Assembly: GCA_951406725.2 (NCBI GenBank)
Contig: OX597824.1
Span: forward strand, 90,954,001 to 91,018,000
Source: Octopus vulgaris
Lineage: Eukaryota
DNA length: 64,000 bases
Direction of reading: 5' to 3'
Shown one piece after another: positions 15,088 to 29,300 of this stretch (position 1 is the first letter of the stretch; each line of letters begins with the position of its first letter). The notes beneath the pieces were generated by a model. It saw only the letters and a list, made by a program, of their open reading frames with translations, was not told the origin of the DNA and did no database searches. Both the position numbers and the translations under genes were made by a program.

Positions 15088-15826
15088 ACAGAGAGAGAGA
15101 TGACAAAGGAATAAGCGATTATCTTCATTGGCTTACAGCCGTTTCTGCTAGGTATGTATATGTGAGAGTATGTGTGTGTGGGGAGTGAGTGTCCCACAAC
15201 CGCTTGACAACTGGTGTTGGTGTGTTTAAGTCCCTGTAACATTAGCCGTTCGGCAAAAGCGATCGATAAAATAAGTACCAGACTTTAAAGAAATAAGTAT
15301 TGCGGTTGATTTGTTTGACTAAAAATTCTTCAAGGCGGTGCCCCAGCATGGCCACAGTCTAATAACTGAAACTAGTTAAAAGAATAAAAAAAGATCTGTG
15401 TATTCACTCAAGAGTACGTCTGTATAAAAAAGAAAAATATGGGACCTACTGCTTCAATACCATAAAAAAAGGGTGTTTATCACCATCACCTGCAGCACCA
15501 ACAGCAGTAGCAGCAACAGAAGTAGCGGCAGCAGCAGCAACAGAAGTAATAGCAGTGGCAGCAGTAGCAGCAGTGGCAGCAACAGCCTTAAGCTGATCAA
15601 GACAATAACATTCCTGAGATGAATTTAAAGATTTGGTTTGGTTAAGGAGGGGAGACATCTTGTCGTTGTTCCACTTGTCAACACCACTTCATTGGGGATT
15701 GTCGTGGTGGAAGAGGGTAGGTGGGTAGGTGGGGGTTGTTAACATTCACCAGTCACCATTTAGTCAAATGTGTACAGTACCATGCAGGGATAAATGTATG
15801 TATGTATGTATGAGTGTATGTGTATG

Positions 15827-15892
<66 letters not shown>

Positions 15893-15925
15893 AATATATA
15901 GAGAGAGAGAAAGAGAAAGAGAGAC

Positions 15926-16121
<196 letters not shown>

Positions 16122-16277
16122 TGATAGATATACCCACTCATACACATATATATGCGTATAAATATATTTATATATATACATACATAAACAATGTATATAT
16201 GTATATATATATATACAAATATAAATATATATGTATATATATATGGGCATTAACTCACACATGTATATGTGCATACG

Positions 16278-16313
<36 letters not shown>

Positions 16314-16757
16314 CATTAGCATTATGGTGAATGAGTTTGGATGTAGAGTGGAGTTGGAGCGGGGCGGGGCAGAGATTCGGGGTCTGTGAAAGGCAGCAAG
16401 CTGGGACTAACAGTACGCCTGTAGACCTCCTCGTCCGGTCACTTTGTTGTGTGTCTGATCCGTCGATTTGGTCAATGGTCAACAGGTACCAACCAGTATT
16501 GGTGTCACAAGACTAAAACAACGACTGACTAACCACCCTAACACACCGAACAAACACAACGACAAACAGACAGATCCGGGCCTTTAATGAAATAAATATA
16601 TTCTTTAGATTGAGCCAATTATTGGAACGGATTCAATCCACATCTGTTCGTTTTAAGCTTTTGTCTTTAGGTCAGAAATGTTCAATTGTTGTTACTATTC
16701 TTTATGTCTGTCTCTGTATTGTCCGCTCATGCTTCGCCCTTGTGGCAAATAAATGAA

Positions 16758-17073
16758 ATCATCATCATCATCATCATCGTCGTCGTCGTCGTCGTCGTCA
16801 TCATCGTCATCATCGTCATCATCGTCATCATCATCATCATCATCGTCATCGTCATCATTATCGTCATCATCATCATTATCATCATCATCGTCATCATCAT
16901 CATCATCGTCATCATCATCATCATCATCAGCATAATCATCATCATCGTCATCATCATCATCGTCATCGTCATCATGATCATCATCATCGTCAACATCGTC
17001 ATCATTATCGTCATCATCATCATTATCATCATCATCGTCATCATCATCATCATCGTTGTCGTCGTCGTCGTCG

Positions 17074-17120
<47 letters not shown>

Positions 17121-17121
17121 A
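16758..17121. repeat. (CAT/CGT)n-(GTT)n compound microsatellite
   Basis: Direct inspection. Confidence 0.95.
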
Positions 17122-17830
17122 TGGAGTGAGAGAGCAGTGCAAGCCCAATATACCCATCATGACCACCCGTCTGATAAGTTATGCTAAACCCGTCGAGGCG
17201 CTGCCCTCGCACTCGATCGCACTTCAATGACTGAAACAGGAGGTAAAAGAATAAAATTTTGCAAGGGTGGTGCCCCAGCATGGCCACAAGAGATAAAAAA
17301 AAAAAGGAGTAACTTTATCTTTTCTTCTTCCTCTTCCTTTTTTTTTTTTTTTTTTTCTTGCGGCATCATTATCAGAAGAAAGCACAAAAGAATCCCGCCT
17401 GAAATTGGATCATGAATCGAATTAAGTCACGCTTAATTCCTCGCTTCACGGTTCATTTCACTCAGTGAAAAGAGGGGCCTCTACGTTGTCCCTCGACCTG
17501 CTAAAAATAGCACACAATTATAGTCTCCCTTAATCCACACCTTAAGGGAGGCGTGCTGGCAGAATTGTGACTGTGCCGGACTAAACGCTTACTGGCACTT
17601 CTTTCGGTTTTATATATATTCTTTTATTCTTTTATCTGTTTCAGTCATTTGACTGCGGCCATGCTGGAGCACCGCCTTTAGTCGAGCAAATCGACCCCCA
17701 GGACTTATTCTTTGTAAGCCTAATACTTATTCTATTGGTCTCTTTTGCCGAACCGCTAAGTGACGGGGACGTAAACACACCTGCATCGGTTGTCAAGCGA
17801 TGTTGGGGGGACAAACACACACACACACAC

Positions 17831-17906
<76 letters not shown>

Positions 17907-17997
17907 AAGGGTGAAATTAATTAATTAGGGATAATTATCAATTACACCAAGTAGATTTCGGCATGTAAAAGCCCCATTCGAGGAAAATTTAAGTAAT

Positions 17998-18250
17998 ACT
18001 AAGTAATTAAGGGTTTAGCAACGAATTGCCTCCCAACACACCGAATTTAGAAATAGCAGTCAAAGAGATATAGCTATTCCTTCTACTAAAGGGGGATCTC
18101 AGTAAAAACACAGCACTTTGTGTTTGCCTTTCAAGTGCTGTGTTTTTACTGAGATCCCCTTTAGTAGAAGGAATAGCTATATCTCTTTGATGCTATTTCT
18201 AAATTCGGTGTTGGTGAGGCAATTCGTTGCTAAACCCTTAATTACTTAGT
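17998..18250. repeat. Near-perfect foldback, arms about 120 bp, 14-nt loop
   Basis: 17998-18118 is the reverse complement of 18133-18250 apart from a few small indels. Confidence 0.9.
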
Positions 18251-19535
18251 TTCATATATACAGATATACGACGGGCTTCTTTCAGTTTCCGTCTACCAAA
18301 TCCACTCACAAGGCTTTAGTCGGCCCGAGGCTATATTAGAAGCCCAAGGTGCCACGAAGTGGGACTGAACCCGGAACCATGTGGTTGGAAAGCAAACTAC
18401 TTACCACACAGTCACTCCTGCGCCTTTAATTTTTTTCGGGATCGATGAAATAAATACTATTAGTGCACTGGGGTCGATGCAATCAACTAACCCCTTAAAT
18501 TTCAGGCTGTGTGCCTATAATAGAAAGAATTAACACCTTACTATACGTTTTTAAAGGGCGCATCATATCTTCAAAGTATAGAAAAAACGGGATGATTTAT
18601 CGCTGGAGTGCGTTTAGTCATAGCTTTACTTGAAGAGGGCTGCCTAGGGCTAAACAATAACAATTGCAGCAACTGTAAGCCAGCGACAGAGTCCTTATTG
18701 TTATAAGTAGAGTGGAGTGTGTGCCAGCCGGGATGGTCCTTCAGTTTGCCGACCCCGGGCCCCCACAAAAATATACATATTGCACGGCGACTATTTCGAT
18801 TGTTGCATTTAACGGTGAGTAGTGGTCGGGTCCCGACATTAAAACCACAATTATTTGATTTCAATACAGCTTATAGAGGCTTATAGCCCACGGCAGACCC
18901 AGAAGTGGTGCCCCCTTCATAAAAGTGCCGCCCGGGCGGTCCACCCGTTTCGCCCTCCACCCTCTAGCTACACTAGTGCTCGACTCGCCCAGTTTCCCTT
19001 AAATTACATCCCTACCGTCTAAATAATTGCTTAACGTGGTTATAGATATACCAACTACGAAAGGAAATGATAAATTAAGGATGGTTGGTCACAGATGGAA
19101 CGCATATGGTTTTTAGTTTGCGCCGTCGTGACTGACCCGCAGCTAAACACCATGTACGCCCGTCCACGACACAAGTCTATTCTCACACATCAACCTGTTC
19201 AAATAATTATAGACAGCAAGAGCCGTCTGGACTTAAACAAAAGAGTTGTCATTTCGTTAGCAAACCAGATTGAATTCTGTAAATAATGGGCGGGGGGAAT
19301 CCAAGAAAAATATTCATATATGTACATAAAAGCCAATAAATGCTGGGGCTACCCCCAAAAGAACAAGGCACCCTGATTCACGTTCTTTCAAGACAATCGA
19401 AAGAGAAAATATAACTTGAAAATTTGTAAAACATTCCAGGGTTTCTTCATTTGAGGTTCCTGAACTGAGCCCATATACAAAACTAAATGCGTATATTGAA
19501 TGCACACACACACAAAGAACAATAAAACACACACT

Positions 19536-19781
19536 GGAGGCGCGTGGCTTAGTGGTTAGGGTGTCAGCATCATGATCGTAAGATTGTGGTTTCGATTCCT
19601 GGACCGGGCGACGCGTTGTGTTCTTGAGCAAAACACTTCATTTCACGTTGCTCCAGTTCACTCAGCTGGCAAAACTGAGTAACGCTGCGATGGACTGGCG
19701 TCCCGTCCAGCTGGGGAACACATACACCATAGAAACCGGGGAACTGGGCCCACGAGCCTGGCTTGGCTTTAAAAGGGCGTA
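19536..19781 (+). mobile_element. tRNA-derived SINE family C. Others near 28652-28920, 33702-33947, 35517-35820, 40335-40655
   Basis: GGCGCGTGGCTTAGTGGTTAG..TTCGATTCC head; TGTGTTCTTGAGCAA body; near-identical copy at 33702. Confidence 0.8.
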
Positions 19782-20533
19782 TTTTTTTATATTTAAAGTA
19801 CTTCTGGGTATTTTAAAGTGACTTATGAGTGCGGGTTATTACCCCTACACATTCACACACACCAACGAAGTCAGATAACCACAAAACACCAAAATTCGTC
19901 TTGAATTTAACAAAAAAAAAAGCCATCTCCTTTTGTTAGTGACAGGGACAGGTTTAATCTCTGGAATGGTAAAAAAAAAAGAGAAAATGTCCTGAATAAA
20001 AAAGACTTATAGATAAGCTCACCTATCTCGATCTAGCAATGCCTTTTTCTTATAACAGAACGTTAAACTTCGTTTTCGGATTTGGTTTGCAAGATTCTTT
20101 ATATGAGTTCGTGTGTTGAAGCATATTCTGTTGTGTCTGGGGAGAGTCATTTTCAAAACCATTGAAAAGGTTGCAACACGCAACGAAAATTTTAGAAAAT
20201 AAAAATAAGAAATAAGTGGAAATTTTACCGGTAAGTGTGTTAAATAATAAGGCACAAAAAGAAAATGACTCTCCCAGACACGATTTCACATCAAAAATCT
20301 TGCAAAACAAATATATAAACGTAAGAACGTTAAACCTTAAATCAAAAAGTCATCCATTGTCTGTTATGTTACTTTATGTAAATAAACCAAACATAACTGC
20401 TTCGACTTAATAACCATATTGTAAATTTATTGCCATGAAAATACAAACACACTTCTACAATTATACGCGAGGGTGACCCAACACAAAAATAACATTATTT
20501 TTATCCGCAACCATAAATAGCGGTGTGTGTTGT

Positions 20534-20560
20534 GATTGGCTGAACGTGTGGTCACGTGGT
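20534..20560. promoter_or_regulatory. Candidate CCAAT box plus E-box
   Basis: TGATTGGCTG and GTCACGTG within 25 bp in non-repeat DNA, 3.5 kb upstream of the ATG. Confidence 0.3.
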
Positions 20561-21300
20561 ATAATAACTTGTCCGAATTAAGCGAAGTTTTTGGCGCCAC
20601 GTCTTTGCCACCAGCATTTCACATTCCTCACAAGCAACTCGTAGAAAGCGGTTTTTGTGGTCTCCTTCCTCCTCATCTTTCATCTTCCTCTCTTCTCCTT
20701 GCTTTAAATATTTTCGCCTTTCATTATTTTTCATTTCTTTTCTTTCCTTTTTCTGTAGCTCGCATCTTTCTTTCTTTCTTCCCTAGTCTCTAATGCATCG
20801 TGTTCGATTTATCGATCTAATCGTAACACTGGCAATACCGATAACGAACAAGCCAAACGCGTTATAACCTCGACGTGGTTTCTCGACTTGCTAGAAATAG
20901 CGACTTGGATTTTCCTCATGTTAAGTCCTACAGTCTTAAAATAAGCAACGGATACATCGACACTGTAAGTTCCACATATTTGTGAAACCAACAAAACAAA
21001 CAAAAAAACAGGATACAGAGGGACAAAACAACTCCAAACCCCTGAGGAAACTTCTATGTTGTTGCTCGACCTGCCAGAAATTGCAGCCAAATCGTCGACT
21101 AATTCTATCTTAAATTAGATATCCCTAAAACGGAAGATCGCCGTTTATTCGACCAGGGCTGAATGGGAGGGTTGTTGTTTAAACAACAACATATATGTAG
21201 CTGTGACAATACATCCACCATCGCCGCTGCCGCCTCTGCTAGAGTCCCGCCAGTATCTGAAATAGTAGCAGCAGCAGCAATAGGAGTCTTGTTTAGTTCG

Positions 21301-21328
21301 GTTTCCAGGGGCAACTGTCCTAGGTTAC
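21301..21328. promoter_or_regulatory. Candidate RFX X-box pair
   Basis: GTTTCCAGGGGCAAC followed by GTCCTAGGTTAC. Confidence 0.35.
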
Positions 21329-21665
21329 AATGAGTACAGATCTGTTGTCGCCCAAACACAGAACACAATCACGTACATAACGATCTTATATATACGTAGG
21401 AGTCTACATATATATATAAAGAGAAATAGATGCATATATATATATATATACACAATACGGTGTATATATACGTTTTGTTAAATAAGCATTTTGTAGAGTC
21501 TTGCTACAGTATCAGTGCGTGTGTGGTATGAATGAGTATATATACGAATACACACACACACACAATATATAAACTTCCTGCGGTATGTATACGTTCGCAT
21601 CGTAAAGATATATACTTTTGTGCGTGGATGCGTTCTTTCTTCATCTGTATGTGAGTGTGTATGTA

Positions 21666-21697
<32 letters not shown>

Positions 21698-22323
21698 TGT
21701 GCCTGAATTCTAGTGTGTTTCTTACAGAAATAAGAGTGTGTGTAAGTGTATATATTAGTGCACAAGTGATTTTTTTTTCCACGGTGAACCTGTTGCCTTT
21801 TGTGGTCTGGACTCGGTGCGTAATGTCCCTGTGTATATAGCTACGAATTACTTCTGAATGGACTTATGTGTGTGTATATGTGAGTGTGTGTTTGTGGTGT
21901 GTGTGTGTGTGTTCTGTCATTCTGGGTGCATATGTACTTACAGGCGCGTGTGTATGCGAACTTCTAATTCTAAATTCTGCACGCATCTGTCTGTAGCTGT
22001 GTGTGTATATTACCACTTCGGCCTGGGCCTACAAACACACACACACAGCTATATAATGTACATGTATATTTCTGCTGTATAAATGCAAAGTTCTTTATGT
22101 ATTTCTATGTGAATTGCATTTTATGAGCATGTGTGTATGTATATATATATATATATATGTATATATAATGATAATAATATTGAAATTATTGTATCTAATG
22201 CTCAGGTGCACCACATTCTAGTGGGGTATACAAATAAATATCTGTAAATATAAACCATCCGATCTTCTGCGTACCTCATTTCTTCTAATATATAATACCT
22301 GTACATCATCTCCAAACCTTCCA

Positions 22324-22357
<34 letters not shown>

Positions 22358-22612
22358 ATTATATCAAAATTGAGGAAGTCCGGTTGATGGTTTTGCCTTA
22401 GGTTTCTCGTCCCTAAAGGGTTTTGCTTTATGGCGTATTGTCAGACCCCAAAACCGGCCTTCTCCATCTTTAATATATACTGTTCTATATCTTAAAGTTT
22501 GCTTCTTCTCCGGGTTTGTTTATATATATATATCATAACCCCTATCTTACTTTGAATATATATATATATATGTATATATATACATATACATATACACACA
22601 CACACACATATA

Positions 22613-22645
<33 letters not shown>

Positions 22646-22684
22646 CATACACACATATATATATATATATATACATATACACAC

Positions 22685-22789
<105 letters not shown>

Positions 22790-23695
22790 CATATACACAC
22801 ACATATATATATATATATTACTAACACATGTGTGTGTGTGTATGCTGTATCTATGTGCTTTTGTGTGTGTGTGTGTATAGCAACGACTAATTCCATGAGT
22901 GTGTTTATGTTTGTATACACGTTCGTTCCTATGTGTTAGTGTGTGTGATTAAAATTTGTATTCAACTTAATTAATCCAGCTTTATCACCTTGTACAGGTA
23001 CAACATCAACAGCAGCAGCAACAACAACAACAACAGCAACTAAAACGACCGTTACTATAAGAATAACATCATCAACATCACAATCATCATCATCATCATC
23101 GTCAACGTCATCGACGGGAAGAGGCTGGAAAGAGAAGGTGGCGACGGCGATGGCGAAAGAAACCGGAAAACGACCGTCAAGGAAAGGATGAACGATATAG
23201 AAAGAGAGAGAGGAGTAGGAGGAGGAGGAGTATGCACAAGCAAACCTCAACAGCTGCAACCACCTCAGTTAATATCACCACCCCCACTACCACCATCATC
23301 ATCACCACAACAACAACTATCATAAGACCATAGCATTCAACATCAACATCATCACCACCAACAACAACAAAAAGTTACGAGCCAAACGTAGGATCCTCTA
23401 CGTGGTCGGCGGTCGATCTGCTAGAAAGAGCAGCCAAGTTTCCCTGCAGCCACACCCTAGGATCTTAAACAAGTTGGGACACGGTTTGGATCGGAGGTCT
23501 GTCTACCTGGTGCGTTGTTTTGAGTAATTTGATATGGTCATGGTTGGAAGGTCTTTGATCATAGATCGGCCCAAATTATGATCGACCTGGTGTTAAACAA
23601 CAACAACAACAACAACAACAACAGCAATAACTATACATCAACAACTGCTACAATTTCATCAAATCACAATACCTAAAGATCTTTCACAAATATTG

Positions 23696-23735
<40 letters not shown>

Positions 23736-23927
23736 CAACAACAACAACAACAACAACAATAATAATGATAACTGTCGTTACTCCAGCATCTACATCTATA
23801 TCAATTTCATTACCATCGCAACAATAACAGCATCATCATCATCATCATCATTCGCATCATCTACCACCACGACTGTGACTACGACCACACACACACATAC
23901 ACCACCATCGCCACCGCCACAACGTAA

Positions 23928-24236
<309 letters not shown>

Positions 24237-24446
24237 TAAGTGCCCGTGTGTGTGTGTGTGTGTGTGTGTTTAGAAGTTTGATTGTTCTGTCCGGTCAGGG
24301 AGTGACCACTGGTCTCACACCACGGTCATTCTCTCACCGGTTGTATCAATCAACTTCCTAAAAAAGTACATTATTGCTCTAATATTTAAGAGAGTCTTTC
24401 TTTTCGGATACATGAACTACCGACAATATATAAATATATATATATA

Positions 24447-24842
24447 CTAGGCAGTATCGCTCGGCGTTGCTCGGGTTTGTAAGGGAAATAACTATATAAG
24501 CATTTTTAGAGAGTTATAGCCAAAAAATAGCAAAAAAATGCATTAAAAATGGAAAAAAAATGATGGTAATTTTTTTTTAATCGTTGACTCATCGTAGACA
24601 TTTTTAGAGAGTTACTTCCCTTATATAATAGCGAAAAAATGCATTAAAATGGAAAAAAATGATGGTAAATTTTTTTAAAATCGTAGGCTCATCGTAGACG
24701 CGCGCTAATACCCAGAAGGGCTCGATATGAATCACGACTATAAGATACCCGGTTTTGGTTAAACTGCACCGCAAAATGTAGGAGTAGTTAGGAATCTAAA
24801 TCGGAGGAGACAGACACACAACTTCACTTTTATATATAAAGA
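24447..24842 (-). mobile_element. Non-autonomous Helitron
   Basis: Minus strand A|TCTTTATATATAAAA ... subterminal hairpin-like CCGAGCAACGCCGAG ... CTAG|T; second copy at 50259. Confidence 0.8.
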
Positions 24843-25240
24843 TATATATATATATATATAAAATACAAATAAGAGAATGGAGAAACAAATTTAGTTTGTT
24901 CATCAACTTTCGGATATCAGAATTTTGGATTATCTATTCATTCAATAAAATGAAAACCTTAATATTATACATATATATCTTATAATTCAATACATATAAG
25001 ATAAGAATACAATTTATAAAAATCAATATAAATTATTGAAATAATTTCTCCATTTTCTTATTTGTATTATAAATTTACGGTAAAAATATTTATTTACTTT
25101 CACCCGTTTAATACAATAAATAAGTAAATTGCATTGCAATTAAAAACATTTATGTATTAAGAATTTGGGTACTTTACCAACAGTATATTGGATAAATGCT
25201 ATCCCATATTGGGTTACACCCATAACCCCTAACTTACTTT

Positions 25241-25294
<54 letters not shown>

Positions 25295-25296
25295 TG

Positions 25297-25570
25297 TATA
25301 TTAAAAATGGGGAAGGTCGGTTTATGGAAGTAACTTAGGTTTCCCGTCCATAAAGGCTTTAGCTTTATGGTGTATTGTCAGACCCCAGAACTTGTTAGCC
25401 TAAGGCATTTTCTTAAGAGGTCTTGGGCCAACAGGTTTTGGGATCTGACGGTACGCCAAACAGCTAAACCCTTTATGGACGGGAAACCTAAGGTAAACCC
25501 ATAAACCGGCCTTCCCCATTTTTAATATATACTGCTCTATATCTTAGAGTGTGCTTCTTCTTTCGGAATT
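25297..25570. mobile_element. Foldback element (arms about 109 bp) with unique tail; deleted relative at 22365-22520
   Basis: 25297-25405 pairs with 25421-25529; embedded next to (TA)n. Confidence 0.75.
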
Positions 25571-26242
25571 ATGTTTTTTAGAAACGATGTATATACTCTT
25601 TTACTCTCTAGTTTAGCAAATCGACCCCAGGACTTATTCTTTGTAAGCCTAGTACTTATTCTATCGGTCTCTTTTGCCGAAACGCTAAGTTACGCGGATG
25701 TAAACACCAGCATCGGTTGTCAAACACACATACATATATATTCTTTCAGTTTCCGTAGGCCAAGGCCTAGAATTTGGGGGAGAGATGAGAGGTTAGTCGA
25801 TTACATCGACCCCAGTGTTTAACTGGTACTTAGTTTATTGACCCCGAAACGATAAAAGGCAAAATTGACTTTGGCGGAATTTGAACTTAGATCGTCAGGA
25901 CAGACGAAATGCCACTAACCAATAACGTGTGTGTGTTTGAGTTCCTCATGAATAGTGTCGGAAATTAACTAGTGTGTTCGAAACCCTAATGTGTACTACA
26001 GAATTATAATTGCGCTGAGATTTTTGTCCCACCCTGTTTTCCAAAAGCTTTTCCAGTTTTGACTTTGTTTCGAAGATTCGTTCAGGCTTACATTAATAAA
26101 CATCGGAGATGAGTTTTCGGAATCATGCGTAGCATAATGAAGTAAAAACTAAAAACCAAAAATTACGAAAACAGAAGGGTTAACACCGCGACCCTTCTTT
26201 TCTCTTCATTTTATTTATTTGTTTATTTAGCGATCCTTCGGT

Positions 26243-26317
26243 TGCGGAGGTAAAGAATACGTACACCACCGGTTTTCGATGTAACCAAAACTCTAACCCT
26301 AAACCCTAATCCTAATA

Positions 26318-26348
<31 letters not shown>

Positions 26349-26377
26349 ACCGGGTGTGCGTATTCTTTACCTTCGCC
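26243..26377. mobile_element. Tiny TIR element enclosing (CCCTAA)-like repeats
   Basis: 24-bp inverted repeat GCGGAGGTAAAGAATACGTACACC with 2 mismatches; possible 8-bp TSD CCTTCGGT/TTTTCGGT. Confidence 0.65.
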
Positions 26378-29300
26378 TTTTCGGTATTGGTCTAAAGAAA
26401 ATCTGTGAGTGGAGAAAACGTCAACCATTCTCTTTTTCAGTCTCGCCTCTTTATGTCAAGAAGGAAGGTTGCGTGGATGAATTACGCCGTGTACCAATAC
26501 CGAAAGATTCCCATTTATTTATTTAGTTGTAGAATCGTAACCTACGATACTTAAAAAATACACATCTGGGAAAATTACAATTTTTGGTTCTCTAGATTTT
26601 TTTCCGACTCTATTCTTCAGGGATACTCTATAATTTATCTCTAATCATTTATCGATTGCAATTACCTGGTCAGTCCTGCAGGTTATTAAATGACAAATGA
26701 TAAATGATTAATGAATTATTAATTTTCAATCAATCACTCGCTTATCGAAACTAATATTGTTGTTCGTTTTCTTTCTTTCTTGTTTTTTTTTTGGCGGGGG
26801 GGGGGTCGTTGGCAAATCTTCAGGTTTACCCCCTCAGTTGTTTATTTAACATTTGCTTCATTCATTTGACTGCGGCCATGCTGGGGCACCGCCTTAAAGA
26901 ATTTAGTCGAGCAAATCGAGCACAGTACTTTTTTTCTTTTTCTTTAAGTTGGATAATAATTCTTTCGACCTTTCACGGAACCGCTCAGTTACGCGAACGT
27001 AAACAAACCAGCACCGGTTGACAAGGGGTGGTGAGTGGCCAGACATAAACAAAAGCATTCTCCTTCACACATACACACACACACACAATGGATTTCCACA
27101 GTTTCTGTCTTCTAAATTCACTCACCAACTCATTGGGTGGCCCAGGACTGTAGTTTAAGAGACTCGCCCAAGGTGCTGCACAGTGGGACTGAACCTGAAA
27201 CCACGTAGTTGCAAAACAAGCTTCTCAACCACACAGCCATGGGAGACAACTCTGAACATGTTTCAGCTTTATTAGACTTCCTCTCTATGTTACCACTCAA
27301 CCTGATCAGTTCTTCAATGAAAGCCTCTTTCACAAACTCCAAAATCTATATAAAATAAAGGGGCCACATGTGCCACATGAGCTGGTAAAGAGGTTTTCAT
27401 GTAGCCAGTTAAACCTAATCAGCTTCACCATCAAAACTCACTTGACAAATTTTGTGCAATCTTTGAAAAGAAAGGAGTCACCATTTCATACAAAGGAGTT
27501 TTGTTTTTCTTTTTACTGTTTTAGTTAGGAAAGAAAGAGGCAGCACCTGTGGACTTTACTTTCTCAGGTCCTTCAAGGCCCTGAGAAAATAAAGAGTGGC
27601 TGTGTGGCATAGGCACAATAGTGGCTGTGTGGTAAGAAGCTTGCTTACCAACCACATGGTTCTGGGTTCAGTTCCACTGCGTGGCACCTTGGGCAAGTGT
27701 CTTCTACTATAGCCTCGGGCCGACCAAAGTCTTGTGAGTGGATTTAGTAGACAGAAACTGAAAGAAGCCCGTCGTATATATGTACGTATGTATATATATA
27801 TGTGTGTGTTTGTCCCCCCTCCCCCAAAAATTGCTTGACAACCAACACATGGCCGGTGTGTTTATGTCTGCGTAACTTAGCAGTTTGGCAAAAGAGACTG
27901 ATAGAATAGGTACTAGGCTTACAAAGAAAAAGTCCTGGAGTCGATTTTCTCGACTAAAGGCGGTGCTCCAGCATGACCGCTGTCAAATGACTGAAACAAG
28001 TAAAATAGTAAAGTTATTGATGCTGCCCTTGAGATGAAGGGCACTTATCCTCTAACTGGCCAAAATGCTTGTGCCAGAGAGAACTTTGCTATAAGCACCA
28101 AAGGACCAATTCTGCTAAAAGCACCAAAGAACTAAATGATGATGTTAAACTGGGTGACAGAGAAAGTGTGATCCACTCAATAACTCAGAACATAAAGGAC
28201 CAGGATAAATACCACAAGGTATCTTGTCTGGTCCCCTTACAATTCTGTCAATTCATTACACTTGACTGGTACCATATTATACATGAAAGGATAAAATGCA
28301 AAGTAGACCTTGGTGGGACTTGAAAGAGCTGAGACTAATACTGAATGACTTTTTGTTCTGTGCTTTAATGATTCTTCTAAGTCATCACCTTGTTTTTAAG
28401 GGGTCACTCTATTTGGTCAATGTAGAAGTCAGAACTCTCTTGAAAACCTTACTCCTGTCTTTAAAATGAAGAGTACATGATATACAGTAAACCATCTACT
28501 ATATTTAACATAGGAACTACTTGGACCTCCAAGAAAATTTTAATGTAGCTTTATTCAAATGTCTGTTAAAAAAAACTTGAGTTTTTCTTCTTTTTTTTTA
28601 ATACCTACCCTCACATAATGAAGGGTAGTCATATATTTCCTCTCTATTGAGTGGAGGCACACAGCCTAGTGGTTAGAGCAGTGGACTCGCAGTCAAAGGA
28701 TCGCAGGTTCAAATCTCAGACTGGGCGATGTGTGTGTTTCTGAGCGAAACACCTAAGCTGCATGCGGCTCCGGCAGAAGGTAATAATGACGAACTTCTGC
28801 TGCCTCTTTCGCCACAACTTTCCCTCACTCTTTCCTCCTGTATCTAGCAGCTCACCTGTGATGGACTGGCGTCCTGTCCAGGTGGGGAACCTATACGCCA
28901 ATGAAACCATATTGCGCAGGGAAATGGACACATTGTATAATACGGTCCTACATAAAAATATATAAAATAGTAAGGGATGGTCATGGCTGGAAAGTATTTG
29001 ATATTAGATTTATGCCTGTTAACATATTAGCACTTAACTTTTATCTATTCATGCCAATGTCATCCCTGAGTAATTTACCTTGGTGATGCATTTTTAAAGA
29101 AAATACATCAATATATTGATTATGTTGGAAAGTTTTCTTTCCTTCTACCACATGACATACATCACACACAGATCATTGATTGGTCCATGGAGTTATTGTT
29201 TAACCAAAGGTCAATCCTGAATGAGCAGACTTATGGTCAAAGGACTTCCAGCCATGACCACCACATTTTATTTATTCGTTTGCCACAAATGCAGTGGATC

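Noticed and set aside
16330-16620. GC box GGGGCGGGGC and unique sequence, possible promoter or UTR exon
   Set aside because: Single motif with no linked gene evidence
19536-19610. tRNA-like sequences at SINE heads
   Set aside because: A/B boxes present but no complete cloverleaf; they run into SINE bodies
26290-26348. Interstitial telomere or chromosome fusion relic
   Set aside because: Short, degenerate and enclosed by TIRs; better explained as part of a MITE
27240-27480. Possible L1/Tx1 fragment (also 39200-39520)
   Set aside because: Too degraded to identify a diagnostic motif
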